Source: Patescibacteria group bacterium (GTDB lineage Bacteria; Patescibacteriota; Minisyncoccia; Phycocordibacterales; GCA-2747955). Taken from it: a stretch of 64,000 nt of DNA. The stretch is taken from contig JBLYPV010000001.1 in the NCBI GenBank assembly GCA_048538215.1, forward strand, positions 11,495-75,494, in the 5' to 3' direction. The position numbers and the translations under genes are program-made. This document shows, piece by piece, positions 31,753-41,330 of this stretch (its first letter is position 1; the number at the start of each line of letters is the position of its first letter). Under the pieces are notes generated by a model that saw only the letters and a list, made by a program, of their open reading frames with translations, was not told the DNA's origin and did no database searches.

Positions 31753-32295
31753 ATGCAATTCTCTAATCCTGATCAAATTCTTGCAAATGTAGGCATCTCT
31801 CCTGGGTCAGTAGTAGTAGATTTTGGGGCCGGAAGTGGATTCTATAGTATAGCAGCCGCACGACTCGTGGGCTCTGGTGGTCGAGTGTATGCTATCGATA
31901 TTCAACACGCCTTACTTGAGCGCCTCAAAGAAGCTGCACATAGTGAAGGGCTCTCTCAGCTTGATACGGTATGGGGGGACATCGAGACTTATGGCGGTAC
32001 TCGTCTGCGTGATGGTACTGCTGATGTGGTCATTTGTGCAAATATTCTTTTCCAGCTTGAAAATCGAAGGGCTGGGATAGATGAAGCCAAACGGCTCTTG
32101 CATCCAAGTGGTCGGATGCTTGTCATTGATTGGGATGATAGCCATTTTGGTATGGGCCCAGATCCATCACTAATCATTACTAGAGATGAGGCGGTGGAGC
32201 TATTGGAGTCACAAGGTTTAGTAGTCGAATCGGACACACCCGCAGGGGATCATCACTGGGGGCTTATCCTACGCCACGCACATAATACTGTATGA
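31753..32295 (+). CDS. Class I SAM-dependent methyltransferase (180 aa)
   Basis: Motif I VVDFGAGSGFYS and a Methyltransf_11-like layout. Confidence 0.6.
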   Translation: MQFSNPDQILANVGISPGSVVVDFGAGSGFYSIAAARLVGSGGRVYAIDIQHALLERLKEAAHSEGLSQLDTVWGDIETYGGTRLRDGTADVVICANILFQLENRRAGIDEAKRLLHPSGRMLVIDWDDSHFGMGPDPSLIITRDEAVELLESQGLVVESDTPAGDHHWGLILRHAHNTV

Positions 32296-33608
32296 ATACA
32301 AACAAACGATTTTCTATCTTCCAAATAGCTATGATAGCCATCTTTGGCTTACTTGCTCTTGCGGGAGTGGTAGCATTTGCCACCTATCGAGCTCCCGAGC
32401 CGGCTTCGATGATAGGTAAGGTGGATATTTGGGGCACCTATGATGCAGATATGTTTAATCGCTACTTACGAGAGCTCAAAGAGCAAGATGAATCGCTCAA
32501 GAAAGTATCCTATCGTGAGCTTGATCCCTCAGATTTTAGACAAGATGTATTAGAGGCAATGGCGAGTGGAAATTCTCCTGATTTACTTTTTATCCCTGAG
32601 TACGTCCTGTATCCATATCTCGACAAGATAGTGACCATCCCCTCAAGTTCGTATTCTCGTAGTGATTTTATTAATAATTTTGTAGATGCAAGTGAGATTT
32701 ATTTTCAAAATGATGGAATCGTGGGACTGCCATTAGCAGTGGATCCCTTGGTGGTCTATTGGAATAGAGATATCTTTGCTTCAGCTGGGGTGCCACGCCC
32801 GCCATCAAGCTGGACAGAATATTTTTCTCTCGCTCAAAAGCTTTCTCAGGTAGATGAGAGCTTGAGTATCAAGCAGTCGGCTATTGCTCTGGGAGAAAGT
32901 GATAATATCAATTATTTTCGTGAAATTATGGCTACTTTGATTCTTCAAATTGGTAACCCAATTATTAGCCGAGACGAAGATGGTAGATTGCGAGCACAGC
33001 TTGAGGGAGATCGTGATACAGAGTCGGCTCAAGCGGCTGTTCGATTCTTTACTGAGTTTTCAAATGCATCCAAGGCAGCCTACTCTTGGAATCGCTCTAT
33101 GCCTACAAGTAGAGATGCTTTTTTGGCAGGTGATTTGGCAATCTATCTAGCTCCTATCTCGGATATATTTTCTATACGTGTTGCTAATCCTAATCTTAAT
33201 TTTGCTATTGCTGAGATCCCATCAGTGGATACCACCATTTCTCGTCGCAAGGCAGTGTACGCTACTTTGTATGGATTTGTCATTCCGAAAGTATCAGACA
33301 ATAGAGGCGGGGCTTATCAAGCAGCTATAGCACTAACAAGTGATCAAGGAGTGCGTACATTTACCGGAATCACTGGTCTAGGCCCTGCTCGACGAGATCA
33401 AACAGCTGAAAGCTCGGAGGAGGCTTATCGTGATATTGTGAAGAGAGAAGCGCTCTATGCTCAGACCTTTCTCGATCCTCAGTATCAAAGTACCCAGCAA
33501 GTATTAGCCGATATGGTGGAGTATGTGACGAGTGGACAGCGATCAATCAGCAATGCCTTATATGTGTCCAACGCAGCCTTACGGACGGTAATTAATAATG
33601 CAAAGTAA
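32292..33608 (+). CDS. Membrane-anchored extracellular solute-binding protein (ABC-type, family 1)
   Basis: N-terminal TM anchor, then an SBP_bac_1-like core (…DLLFIPEYVLYPYLDKIV…AVDPLVVYWNRDIF…). No permease or ATPase gene is adjacent. Confidence 0.55.
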   Translation: MNTNKRFSIFQIAMIAIFGLLALAGVVAFATYRAPEPASMIGKVDIWGTYDADMFNRYLRELKEQDESLKKVSYRELDPSDFRQDVLEAMASGNSPDLLFIPEYVLYPYLDKIVTIPSSSYSRSDFINNFVDASEIYFQNDGIVGLPLAVDPLVVYWNRDIFASAGVPRPPSSWTEYFSLAQKLSQVDESLSIKQSAIALGESDNINYFREIMATLILQIGNPIISRDEDGRLRAQLEGDRDTESAQAAVRFFTEFSNASKAAYSWNRSMPTSRDAFLAGDLAIYLAPISDIFSIRVANPNLNFAIAEIPSVDTTISRRKAVYATLYGFVIPKVSDNRGGAYQAAIALTSDQGVRTFTGITGLGPARRDQTAESSEEAYRDIVKREALYAQTFLDPQYQSTQQVLADMVEYVTSGQRSISNALYVSNAALRTVINNAK

Positions 33609-35157
33609 TATGAAAATTATGAATAATCAAAAAATAGCAATTTTACACCATAATAAGTATTTATTTTTGATTAATAATTACTTATTATTATCTATAGCGC
33701 TTATGGTAATGGTATCTATCGTTGCGTTACCAAAAAGTTTATACGCAGATGTCTCTTCAGAAAATACTACGAATCAGGAGGTTGATTATCATGAGGTGGT
33801 TCCCGCATTAGATGATTACTTTTGGTCTTGGGATATTTTACCGAGTGAGGTTGATAAAGATGACCTGGATACATTTCTAGAAAATGGGATCTCTGGAGAT
33901 CAAATCGGAGTTGTCAAGAAACAATTATTGCCTATTAAGCCAGCTTCATATACGGGTACTCTAACGTCATATATGATGAGTCAGTGTTTATTAGAAAAGT
34001 CTCAATATCCCTCTGCTGGAAATTGTTATATAGCTTGCACAAGAACAGCAACTGATAGTGATTGGGTGTCTGGATCACAGTGCGAAGGGAAGTCTCCGAA
34101 AGGGTATTATTTTTTTTATGTTGAATCATTAGGATCAAGAGTCGTAGTAGAAGATACATTAATTGGACAGGCGGGAGCGAATCTTGCATCTTATATTATA
34201 GATAATGAAGTTGAGGCAAAATGTTTTAAAGACGATTTAAGTACTGGTAAAACTGCTCGTGAGCAATGCGAAGAAGCTATGGCTCCTTATAAAGACTGGA
34301 TTCCAGAAACTACAAATTCAATGAGTGATAATTTCGCTGGCACTGGTTGGGATTGGTTTGATAATCTCACTACAATTGTAAGACCATTTTCAAGCTCAGT
34401 TTCTTTTCGGTGTACTGAATTGGGCGAAGATAATTTTTTTAATAATTACGATGTTGGAGATTATTGCTTTAATTATGCAGCTAGAAATTCTGATGCACGT
34501 ATTGATATTAATGTGGGCACAGGAGATACCTGCTTTTATAGCGAAGATAGATGTATTCTTACAGTGGCGACTGCATATGCAGGACTAGTTATTGTAAATG
34601 AAGACGGAGAGGAAATCCCAGTTAACCGTACAATTAGAAATTCAGATTATTGTCGAGCAGATAAAGACGATGCAGGCAGGGAGGTATATTGTATGAATGA
34701 CAGGGGTATTCCTATCCAGAATGCAAATCCGATCAATGAAGCATTATACCAAGACCAGTATGAACAGTGGCAAGCTCAAGTGCAAGCACATACTGCTGCT
34801 GTGGACGCCTATGAGGCTGCTGGTACTCAAGCCTTAAAGGAAGCGGGAGCATTAGTGCCGTGTATGGGGACCGATTGTGGGTGGAAGGAGCTCATTGATT
34901 TAATTAATCGAATTATTCGCTTTATGATCACTATCGCAGCTGTATTGCTAGTGCTTATGATTATCTATGCAGGATTCCAGCTCGTAAGTGCTCGAGGAAA
35001 TGCAGCGGCTCTCACAAAAGCTAAAAGTGCTCTCTGGAAGGCGATTGCAGGCTTTGTTTTAGTGCTCACCGCCTGGCTGATTGTGAATGCGGTAGTGAGC
35101 TTGATTCTCAAAGATGAATTTAAAGATGATCCGAATGTGAATATCTTGAAGAATTAG
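33598..35157 (+). CDS. Large secreted Cys-rich protein (≥24 Cys) with a C-terminal two-helix TrbC/VirB2-like pilin module
   Basis: An N-terminal signal/TM is followed by a ~380-aa Cys-rich ectodomain. The last ~80 aa (IIRFMITIAAVLLVLMIIYAGFQLVSARGNAAALTKAKSALWKAIAGFVLVLTAWLIVNAVVSLIL) have the same helix-loop-helix layout as the six downstream small proteins. Confidence 0.6.
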   Translation: MQSNMKIMNNQKIAILHHNKYLFLINNYLLLSIALMVMVSIVALPKSLYADVSSENTTNQEVDYHEVVPALDDYFWSWDILPSEVDKDDLDTFLENGISGDQIGVVKKQLLPIKPASYTGTLTSYMMSQCLLEKSQYPSAGNCYIACTRTATDSDWVSGSQCEGKSPKGYYFFYVESLGSRVVVEDTLIGQAGANLASYIIDNEVEAKCFKDDLSTGKTAREQCEEAMAPYKDWIPETTNSMSDNFAGTGWDWFDNLTTIVRPFSSSVSFRCTELGEDNFFNNYDVGDYCFNYAARNSDARIDINVGTGDTCFYSEDRCILTVATAYAGLVIVNEDGEEIPVNRTIRNSDYCRADKDDAGREVYCMNDRGIPIQNANPINEALYQDQYEQWQAQVQAHTAAVDAYEAAGTQALKEAGALVPCMGTDCGWKELIDLINRIIRFMITIAAVLLVLMIIYAGFQLVSARGNAAALTKAKSALWKAIAGFVLVLTAWLIVNAVVSLILKDEFKDDPNVNILKN

Positions 35158-35211
35158 AGCTTTGTTGAAATCTCTATGACAGCTTTATAAAAGAGTGATA
35201 CACTACTAATT

Positions 35212-35583
35212 ATGAAATACTTATCCTTGCTCGTTAGTCGATCAAAATATACCGCCCTACTATTTTTCTTGTCTGTTGCTTTAGTGCATGCAGAAGGAGG
35301 AGACGGTACACTCATCAATCCTTTGGCTGGTGATATGACACTGATGCAATTTGTCACCTTTTTGGTGCGTGATGTTTTGGTAGGGATAATTGCTCCTATT
35401 GTACTCACCCTTGCGCTTCTTTATACTGGCTTTATGTTTATCTCCGCTCAAGGAAATCCTAGCAAACTCCAAGATGCTCAGCGTAATTTTGTTTATGTCA
35501 TCGTGGGAGGAATTTTACTTCTCGGAGCATATGTGATTCTTGCGGTGATTACCAATACGGTCGATCAGCTCACGGTAAATTAA
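35212..35583 (+). CDS. TrbC/VirB2-like pilin candidate 1 (Sec signal peptide + two hydrophobic helices)
   Basis: Signal peptide …ALVHA|EGG. The mature ~95 aa has two TM helices split by a short polar loop (YTGFMFISAQGNPSK) and a WG/GxxxG-rich helix 2. This is the VirB2/TrbC architecture. Confidence 0.55.
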   Translation: MKYLSLLVSRSKYTALLFFLSVALVHAEGGDGTLINPLAGDMTLMQFVTFLVRDVLVGIIAPIVLTLALLYTGFMFISAQGNPSKLQDAQRNFVYVIVGGILLLGAYVILAVITNTVDQLTVN

Positions 35584-35593
35584 TGATTATTGT

Positions 35594-35890
35594 ATGCGTA
35601 CATTATATTACTTCATACTTCTAACACTTCCTACTCTAGCTTTTGCTCAAACTTTCAAGAGCTTGGTAGATGATCTTGTTTTTATCATCAATGCCTCCAT
35701 CGGAATAATAGTGGCTTTGTCTGTAGCAGTATTTTTTTACGGGATGGCAATGTATGTGTTTCGTATGGGATCAGGATCTACTGAGGGTCATACAGGTGGC
35801 TATAATTTGATGATGTGGGGGATTTTGATTTTTTTCGTGATGGCCTCAGTGTGGGGGATTGTCAATTTGGTAGCTGGAAGCTTTTTCTAA
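35594..35890 (+). CDS. TrbC/VirB2-like pilin candidate 2
   Basis: Signal peptide …LAFA|QT. FFYGMAMYVFRMGSGS loop; LMMWG…SVWGIVNL in helix 2. Confidence 0.55.
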   Translation: MRTLYYFILLTLPTLAFAQTFKSLVDDLVFIINASIGIIVALSVAVFFYGMAMYVFRMGSGSTEGHTGGYNLMMWGILIFFVMASVWGIVNLVAGSFF

Positions 35891-35909
35891 AGAAATAGAT
35901 AATACTAGT

Positions 35910-36281
35910 ATGAAATATGCACCTAAAATTACTATCTATTCGATGCTCGTCCTCGGAGGCACTATACCTCACCTAGCCTATGGGTATAGAATAGACAATG
36001 TATATTCTTTGTTTATTCTTCTTGATTATCTGATAGTACTGGCAGTGCAAATTGCTTTTGCGCTGGCGGTGGTGGCTTTTTTCTATGGATTGGCTCTCTA
36101 TATTTTTAAGTCAGGCAATCATAGTGCTAATGCGCAGGGGATTCGACTTATGCTCTGGGGGGTCGTGGCACTTTTTGTGATGGTTTCAATTTGGGGGATA
36201 GTGATAATCCTACAAGATTCTTTTGGAGTGGATAATAGAGATACACCACGCTACCCCCAGCTACACATCAGGGGGCGCTAA
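35910..36281 (+). CDS. TrbC/VirB2-like pilin candidate 3
   Basis: Same architecture. FFYGLALYIFKSGNHS loop; LMLWGVVALFVMVSIWGIV. Confidence 0.55.
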   Translation: MKYAPKITIYSMLVLGGTIPHLAYGYRIDNVYSLFILLDYLIVLAVQIAFALAVVAFFYGLALYIFKSGNHSANAQGIRLMLWGVVALFVMVSIWGIVIILQDSFGVDNRDTPRYPQLHIRGR

Positions 36282-36415
36282 CTTTATCTAAAGGGACAAG
36301 ACGATGTGCATTTGTCCCAATGATACTTGTGGATAGCGCACTTCCACTTCAAGGAGAGCTTGGTATGATACAAATATACTTATAAATATAGTAGATAACA
36401 ATAAATGATAACAAT

Positions 36416-36772
36416 ATGAAACAAATAGTAATTTCAGGCCTTGCCTTAGCTCTACCTTTTCTTGCTTTAGCACAAAATGCTGAAGGGAAAGGCCTTGGTG
36501 GAGTACTTGATAGCATTGGAAAATTGCTCGATCTCGCCATCGGCCTCCTCTTTGCTCTCGCCGTCCTCGCCTTTTTCTACGGCTTGGCAATCTACATATT
36601 CAAATCAGGAAAAGAGAAGCAGGAAGGAATCAATATTATGGTAATGGGCACCATTGCACTTTTTGTAATGGCTTCTATTTACGGTATTATTGGATTGCTA
36701 CAGAATAGCTTTGAGGTGACAGGGAGTGAAGAAATAGGTCTCCCTGATCCTACTCTAGGAATAGGAAATTAA
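36416..36772 (+). CDS. TrbC/VirB2-like pilin candidate 4
   Basis: Signal peptide …LALA|QNA. Its core is identical at the DNA level over ~161 bp to candidate 5. Confidence 0.6.
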   Translation: MKQIVISGLALALPFLALAQNAEGKGLGGVLDSIGKLLDLAIGLLFALAVLAFFYGLAIYIFKSGKEKQEGINIMVMGTIALFVMASIYGIIGLLQNSFEVTGSEEIGLPDPTLGIGN

Positions 36773-36816
36773 TTACTTCTTTTAATTTTTAATAAAATAC
36801 GATAATATTCACATAT

Positions 36817-37164
36817 ATGAAATATACAACACTCGGAATTATAAGTTTGGTCGTTCCTTTTTTGGCTTTTGCTCAAGCTAACGGAAGTAGTAATCTTGAA
36901 GGGCTTCTCAAGAGTATAGGAGGATTACTTGATACTGCCATCGGCCTCCTCTTTGCTCTCGCCGTCCTCGCCTTTTTCTACGGCTTGGCAATCTACATAT
37001 TCAAATCAGGAAAAGACAAGCAGGAGGGAATCAATATTATGGTAATGGGCACCATTGCACTTTTTGTAATGGCTTCTATTTACGGTATTATTGGATTATT
37101 GCAAGATAGTTTTAATGTCAAAAAAGATGGTAGCGAAATTACGCTACCTAAAGCACCTAAGTAA
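36817..37164 (+). CDS. TrbC/VirB2-like pilin candidate 5
   Basis: Signal peptide …LAFA|QA. The core 36937-37097 is identical to 36536-36696 apart from one E/D change. Confidence 0.6.
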   Translation: MKYTTLGIISLVVPFLAFAQANGSSNLEGLLKSIGGLLDTAIGLLFALAVLAFFYGLAIYIFKSGKDKQEGINIMVMGTIALFVMASIYGIIGLLQDSFNVKKDGSEITLPKAPK

Positions 37165-37270
37165 ATAGTTAGAAAATCTTATTAGGGTATCATTATAGAT
37201 AAGATTTTATTTTATAAATTAAAATAAAGGATGTTCTTATGTGCCATTGAGATATCAGCAAATCATTTTT

Positions 37271-37615
37271 ATGAAATACCACACAGCATTTCTATTTTTC
37301 TTACCCGCGGTAGTTTTTGCTGATGCCATCACTATTGATCAAGGCGTGATTCAATTAATTAATAATTTTATAAACGCCATCATCAATCCAATGATTGTCT
37401 TATTGATAGCGGCGGCGCTCTTGCTATTTTTATGGGGGCTATTACGACTCATGATAGATCTATCAAATGGAGGAAAGGGAGAGGAGGGGAAGCGGCATAT
37501 GCTATGGGGGCTTGTGGGCTTGATTGTTATGATTAGTGTTTGGGGGATTATTAATCTCATCGCCAATTCAATCGGAGCAGAAGTATCACAAATAGACGCT
37601 TCTGATAATTTTTAG
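37271..37615 (+). CDS. TrbC/VirB2-like pilin candidate 6 (start probably at MKYHTAFL; the ORF track starts at 37241)
   Basis: Signal peptide …VVFA|DA. Two helices with a charged loop (SNGGKGEEGKRH); MLWGLVGLIVMISVWGIINL. Confidence 0.5.
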   Translation: MKYHTAFLFFLPAVVFADAITIDQGVIQLINNFINAIINPMIVLLIAAALLLFLWGLLRLMIDLSNGGKGEEGKRHMLWGLVGLIVMISVWGIINLIANSIGAEVSQIDASDNF

Positions 37616-37807
37616 CTTATTATTCTAGCTATTCATTTTATTCTGATGGTGTAGCTAAATAGCTCAAAATGGAGTTGCCTATACTACAATATGGTGAATA
37701 TGGCTATTGCCTGGGCTACTAATATTTTCTCAATACTGCTCCAGATTAAGGTTTTCCCCATAAAATAACTTGGTGGCTCTATCTAAGCAGGATATAATCA
37801 AGCTAAT

Positions 37808-38380
37808 ATGAAAAGTACCGGCATCGGAGCTTCATTTATTCCCAAGGAGGAAGTACGAGCAAAAGGATCACGCCACACCCCTCTCGCTTCTAATCTATTT
37901 TTATTGATTGGGATTGTGGTATTCCTTGCAGCTCTTTTGGCTTCACTTGGAATCTTTTTGTGGCACGGACAGCTCGAATCAGCCAATGCTCGTGCCCTGC
38001 AAACTCTTGAGAAAAACCGTGAGAATTACGGCATCTCTGCTATTGAGGAATTTATTGATATTAATAATCGTATTCAAGCTGCAGACCAAATTCTCTCCCA
38101 GCATATCTCTGTAGCTCCCATCTTTGCTATGCTGGAGCTTGATACCCTTACGGATATATATCTTCAAGATTTTAGCTTTACCACTGAGGGGAATGAGGTT
38201 TTGATATCTGCTCGAGGATTTGCCCCTACCTATGCTCATGTGGCTTTGCAGGCAGATCAGTATAGTGACAATAATCTTATTAAGGATTTAATTCTATCAG
38301 GGGTGAATCAGGCCCGAGAAGGTGGCATCCAATTTGATGTGAGCTTTGTGGTCGATCGAGATATTTTAATCGTAAATTAA
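37808..38380 (+). CDS. PilN-like bitopic membrane protein (TM + coiled coil + alpha/beta domain)
   Basis: A short cytoplasmic N-terminus and one TM (LFLLIGIVVFLAALLASLGIFLW) are followed by a periplasmic coiled coil. Its size and topology fit the PilN/GspL-periplasmic class. The assignment rests on architecture only. Confidence 0.4.
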   Translation: MKSTGIGASFIPKEEVRAKGSRHTPLASNLFLLIGIVVFLAALLASLGIFLWHGQLESANARALQTLEKNRENYGISAIEEFIDINNRIQAADQILSQHISVAPIFAMLELDTLTDIYLQDFSFTTEGNEVLISARGFAPTYAHVALQADQYSDNNLIKDLILSGVNQAREGGIQFDVSFVVDRDILIVN

Positions 38381-38386
38381 TATTAT

Positions 38387-38941
38387 ATGCAATTAATCGC
38401 TCCCATTATTCTCATACTTATCTCTGGCGGTCTCTTTGTGACTTGGATTGACCCTCAATACCAAGAAATCAAAGATCTACAGCTCGAAAAAGCTCGATAT
38501 GACGAAGCACTTGATCGAGTGGTAGAAATCCGTGAGGCACGAAATCAGATTCAATCACGCTACAATACAATTGAAGACCAAGATTTAGATCGACTGGGTA
38601 AGATGATACCTTCGCATATTGATAATATTCGTTTGATTCTTGATGTAAATAGTGTAGCCAATGCCCGGCAAATGACTATCCGTGATATTAGGATTAACCT
38701 TAATGAAGATAGTTCACCAGGAGCTAAAATATCTGTTGGCAACCAAGGCGCACACAAGAGTGTAGGCTTTCGTTTTACGGTAGTCACTACCTATGAAAAT
38801 TTCAAGAAATTTCTTGATGACTTAGCTCTTTCATTGCGTATTATCGATGTAGAATCGGTTGAGATTAGTAGTATTCAAGATGAAACCAGCTTTTATCGTT
38901 TCGATGTGGGTATCCGTACCTACTGGCTTCCCCAAGAGTAA
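38387..38941 (+). CDS. PilO-like bitopic membrane protein
   Basis: An N-terminal TM is followed by a coiled coil (QYQEIKDLQLEKARYDEALDRVVEIREARNQ) and a ferredoxin-like C-terminus. The assignment rests on architecture only. Confidence 0.4.
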   Translation: MQLIAPIILILISGGLFVTWIDPQYQEIKDLQLEKARYDEALDRVVEIREARNQIQSRYNTIEDQDLDRLGKMIPSHIDNIRLILDVNSVANARQMTIRDIRINLNEDSSPGAKISVGNQGAHKSVGFRFTVVTTYENFKKFLDDLALSLRIIDVESVEISSIQDETSFYRFDVGIRTYWLPQE

Positions 38942-38953
38942 TAAATACACATT

Positions 38954-39385
38954 ATGAATCAAATCAAACAACTCGTATCTCAATACAAAAATATCCTTAT
39001 CGGTGGGGTGGTGGTCGTTGGTGTGTTAGTTGGCTATAATATTTTTTATCTTACCCCTAAAAAAGAAGCTCAGCAGGCGGGGGCGATACGATCAGAAAAT
39101 CAAAACCTTATCTCTAGCGAGATTGGTCGCGAGATTGTGGCTACTCTTAATCGTCTTAAAAGCTTGAATATCGATCCAGATTTCTTTCTTGAAGAGCGAT
39201 TCCAGCGCTTAATGGATTTCTCTGTAGAAATCAAAGAGCAACCAGTGGGTAAAAATAATCCCTTTAGCCGGGTTAATTTAATTGGGAGTGCTCAAGCTGA
39301 AGTAGAGGGAGTGTCTGCACTTGAAGACGCAGTAGAAGTCAATCCTGATACAGATACGCCGGATCTTTCAGGTCCTGGTATCTAA
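38954..39385 (+). CDS. Small bitopic membrane protein of the pilus cluster (PilP-like?)
   Basis: N-terminal TM, a 143-aa acidic C-terminus. Confidence 0.3.
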   Translation: MNQIKQLVSQYKNILIGGVVVVGVLVGYNIFYLTPKKEAQQAGAIRSENQNLISSEIGREIVATLNRLKSLNIDPDFFLEERFQRLMDFSVEIKEQPVGKNNPFSRVNLIGSAQAEVEGVSALEDAVEVNPDTDTPDLSGPGI

Positions 39386-39439
39386 GGGGAGGATGAGAGC
39401 TTGTTGGCTATATGCCAAGATATAACTATATAATAAGAT

Positions 39440-41164
39440 ATGTCACTTGTTTCATACTTAGTACAAGAAAGAATAATAGATGAAATGGATGCTACGCGTA
39501 TCGAAGAAGATGCACAAACAAAAGGTAGCTCTATTGATGAGGCGGTAATTGATGCTGGGGTAGATCCAGATGTGCTTTTTACTGCTAAACAAAAATTTTT
39601 TTCTGACTACGAAGTACGTTATCAGGAGAGTAAGGATATGGTGCCACCAGAAGTGCTTGAATATGTGCCAGAAAATTCTGCTCGGCTCTATGGCTTTGTG
39701 CCTCTAGCAATACGCGATGGAGATATACTCGAAGTAGGTATTCTTGACCCAGATAATCTATCTGCCAAATCTGCTCTCGAATTTATCGCCGGGGCGGAAG
39801 GGATTTCTTATGAACTATATCTTATCTCTTATGATTATTATAGTTTTATTATTGAAAATTATTCAGGGCTTAAAGGTGAGGTACAAGAAGCACTGGGGGC
39901 ACTTGAAGCAGAACAGCAATCATATGCAGCTAAGGTTTCAAAAAGAAAAAATTACCAAGATATTGACGAAACAGAGCGAATTACTGAAGATGCTCCTATT
40001 ACCAAGATAGTATCTAATATTCTCAAGCATGCCGCTGAGACTCGTACCTCTGATGTACACATTGAGCCACTTAGTGGACAAACAGATGTTCGCTATCGTA
40101 TAGATGGCTTACTCCAAAAGGATCTCACTCTCCCTAAAAGTATTCATGAAGCTGTCATAGCTCGCATTAAAATACTTTCAAAGATTAAATTAGATGAGAA
40201 GCGTATTCCGCAAGATGGTCGTTTTTCAGCTAAATTACTAGGGCGAAAAATTGATTTTCGTGTTTCTACTTTTCCTACGTATTATGGAGAGAAATGTGTG
40301 ATGCGTTTGTTGGAATCAGATCGAGGGACACTTAATATTCATGAGCTGGGGCTCGTGGGTGAAAATGCAGAAAAAATGAAGCGAATCATTACAAAGCCCT
40401 ATGGAATTATTCTTGTTTGTGGCCCCACTGGATCGGGTAAAACTACTTCTCTATATTCATTCCTTGATGAGCTTGATAAGCAAACAGTAAATGTAGTGTC
40501 ACTCGAAAATCCAATTGAAATGAATATTGAGGGTGTATCACAATCACAAGTGCGTCCTGATATCGGCTATACTTTTGCCAATGGTTTGCGATCGGTCTTG
40601 CGTCAAGACCCCGACATTATTATGGTCGGTGAAATTCGTGATACCGAGACAGCTCAATTGGCTATCCAAGCAGCGCTTACTGGGCATCTTGTTTTTTCTA
40701 CCATTCACACCAACACAGCATCCGATGTAGTGCAACGATTAGTTGATATGGGGGTAGAGCAGTATTTGATAGGACCAACTATCGTAGCAGCAATTGGGCA
40801 ACGATTGGTGCGTACCATTGCCCCCAACTCAGGCAAAGAAGTACCAATGAGCCCAGCGGTACGAGAGATGATTCGGCATCAAATTTCTGATTTACCAAAA
40901 GAGGTACAAGCACAATTTACCTCTCAAGATACAATGTATGAGGCTGTGCCAAGCGATGCCTATCCCACAGGAGAGAGTGGACGAATTGGCGTATTTGAAA
41001 TTCTCGAAATGAATCCAGAGCTCGAACGCTTGGTGCTCAAAGATCCAAGTAGTCGGGCTATATATGATGAAGCTCGCAAGCACGGCTTCATCACTTTTAA
41101 AGAAGACGCTATTCTCAAGGCCTTGGAGGGTAGGATTACTTTTGAACAAGTAATGAAACTATAA
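39440..41164 (+). CDS. pilB: Type IV pilus/T2SS assembly ATPase (PilB/GspE family) with an N-terminal GspE_N domain
   Basis: Walker A (VCGPTGSGKTTS), Asp box, His box, Walker B (DIIMVGEIRD), and the N-terminal T2SSE_N-like domain. Confidence 0.85.
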   Translation: MSLVSYLVQERIIDEMDATRIEEDAQTKGSSIDEAVIDAGVDPDVLFTAKQKFFSDYEVRYQESKDMVPPEVLEYVPENSARLYGFVPLAIRDGDILEVGILDPDNLSAKSALEFIAGAEGISYELYLISYDYYSFIIENYSGLKGEVQEALGALEAEQQSYAAKVSKRKNYQDIDETERITEDAPITKIVSNILKHAAETRTSDVHIEPLSGQTDVRYRIDGLLQKDLTLPKSIHEAVIARIKILSKIKLDEKRIPQDGRFSAKLLGRKIDFRVSTFPTYYGEKCVMRLLESDRGTLNIHELGLVGENAEKMKRIITKPYGIILVCGPTGSGKTTSLYSFLDELDKQTVNVVSLENPIEMNIEGVSQSQVRPDIGYTFANGLRSVLRQDPDIIMVGEIRDTETAQLAIQAALTGHLVFSTIHTNTASDVVQRLVDMGVEQYLIGPTIVAAIGQRLVRTIAPNSGKEVPMSPAVREMIRHQISDLPKEVQAQFTSQDTMYEAVPSDAYPTGESGRIGVFEILEMNPELERLVLKDPSSRAIYDEARKHGFITFKEDAILKALEGRITFEQVMKL

Positions 41165-41330
41165 AATCTAGGCATCCTGTCTAATTTTCGATTACGTACA
41201 AATTTACCACTAAGAAGTATACTAGAGTATTAGTTTGCGAGCTACCACCTCACTAGTCACTAGTTTTACCAGCTCGTCTGTCCCCAATATTTTTCTTTAT
41301 TAATTATCACTTCTCTATTACAATACAATT

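Noticed and set aside
36288-36590. Minus-strand ORFs (100 aa and 63 aa) overlapping the pilin paralog at 36416
   Set aside because: They are antisense to a gene with a signal peptide, an RBS and conserved paralogs. They are artefacts of the GC-rich repeat core.
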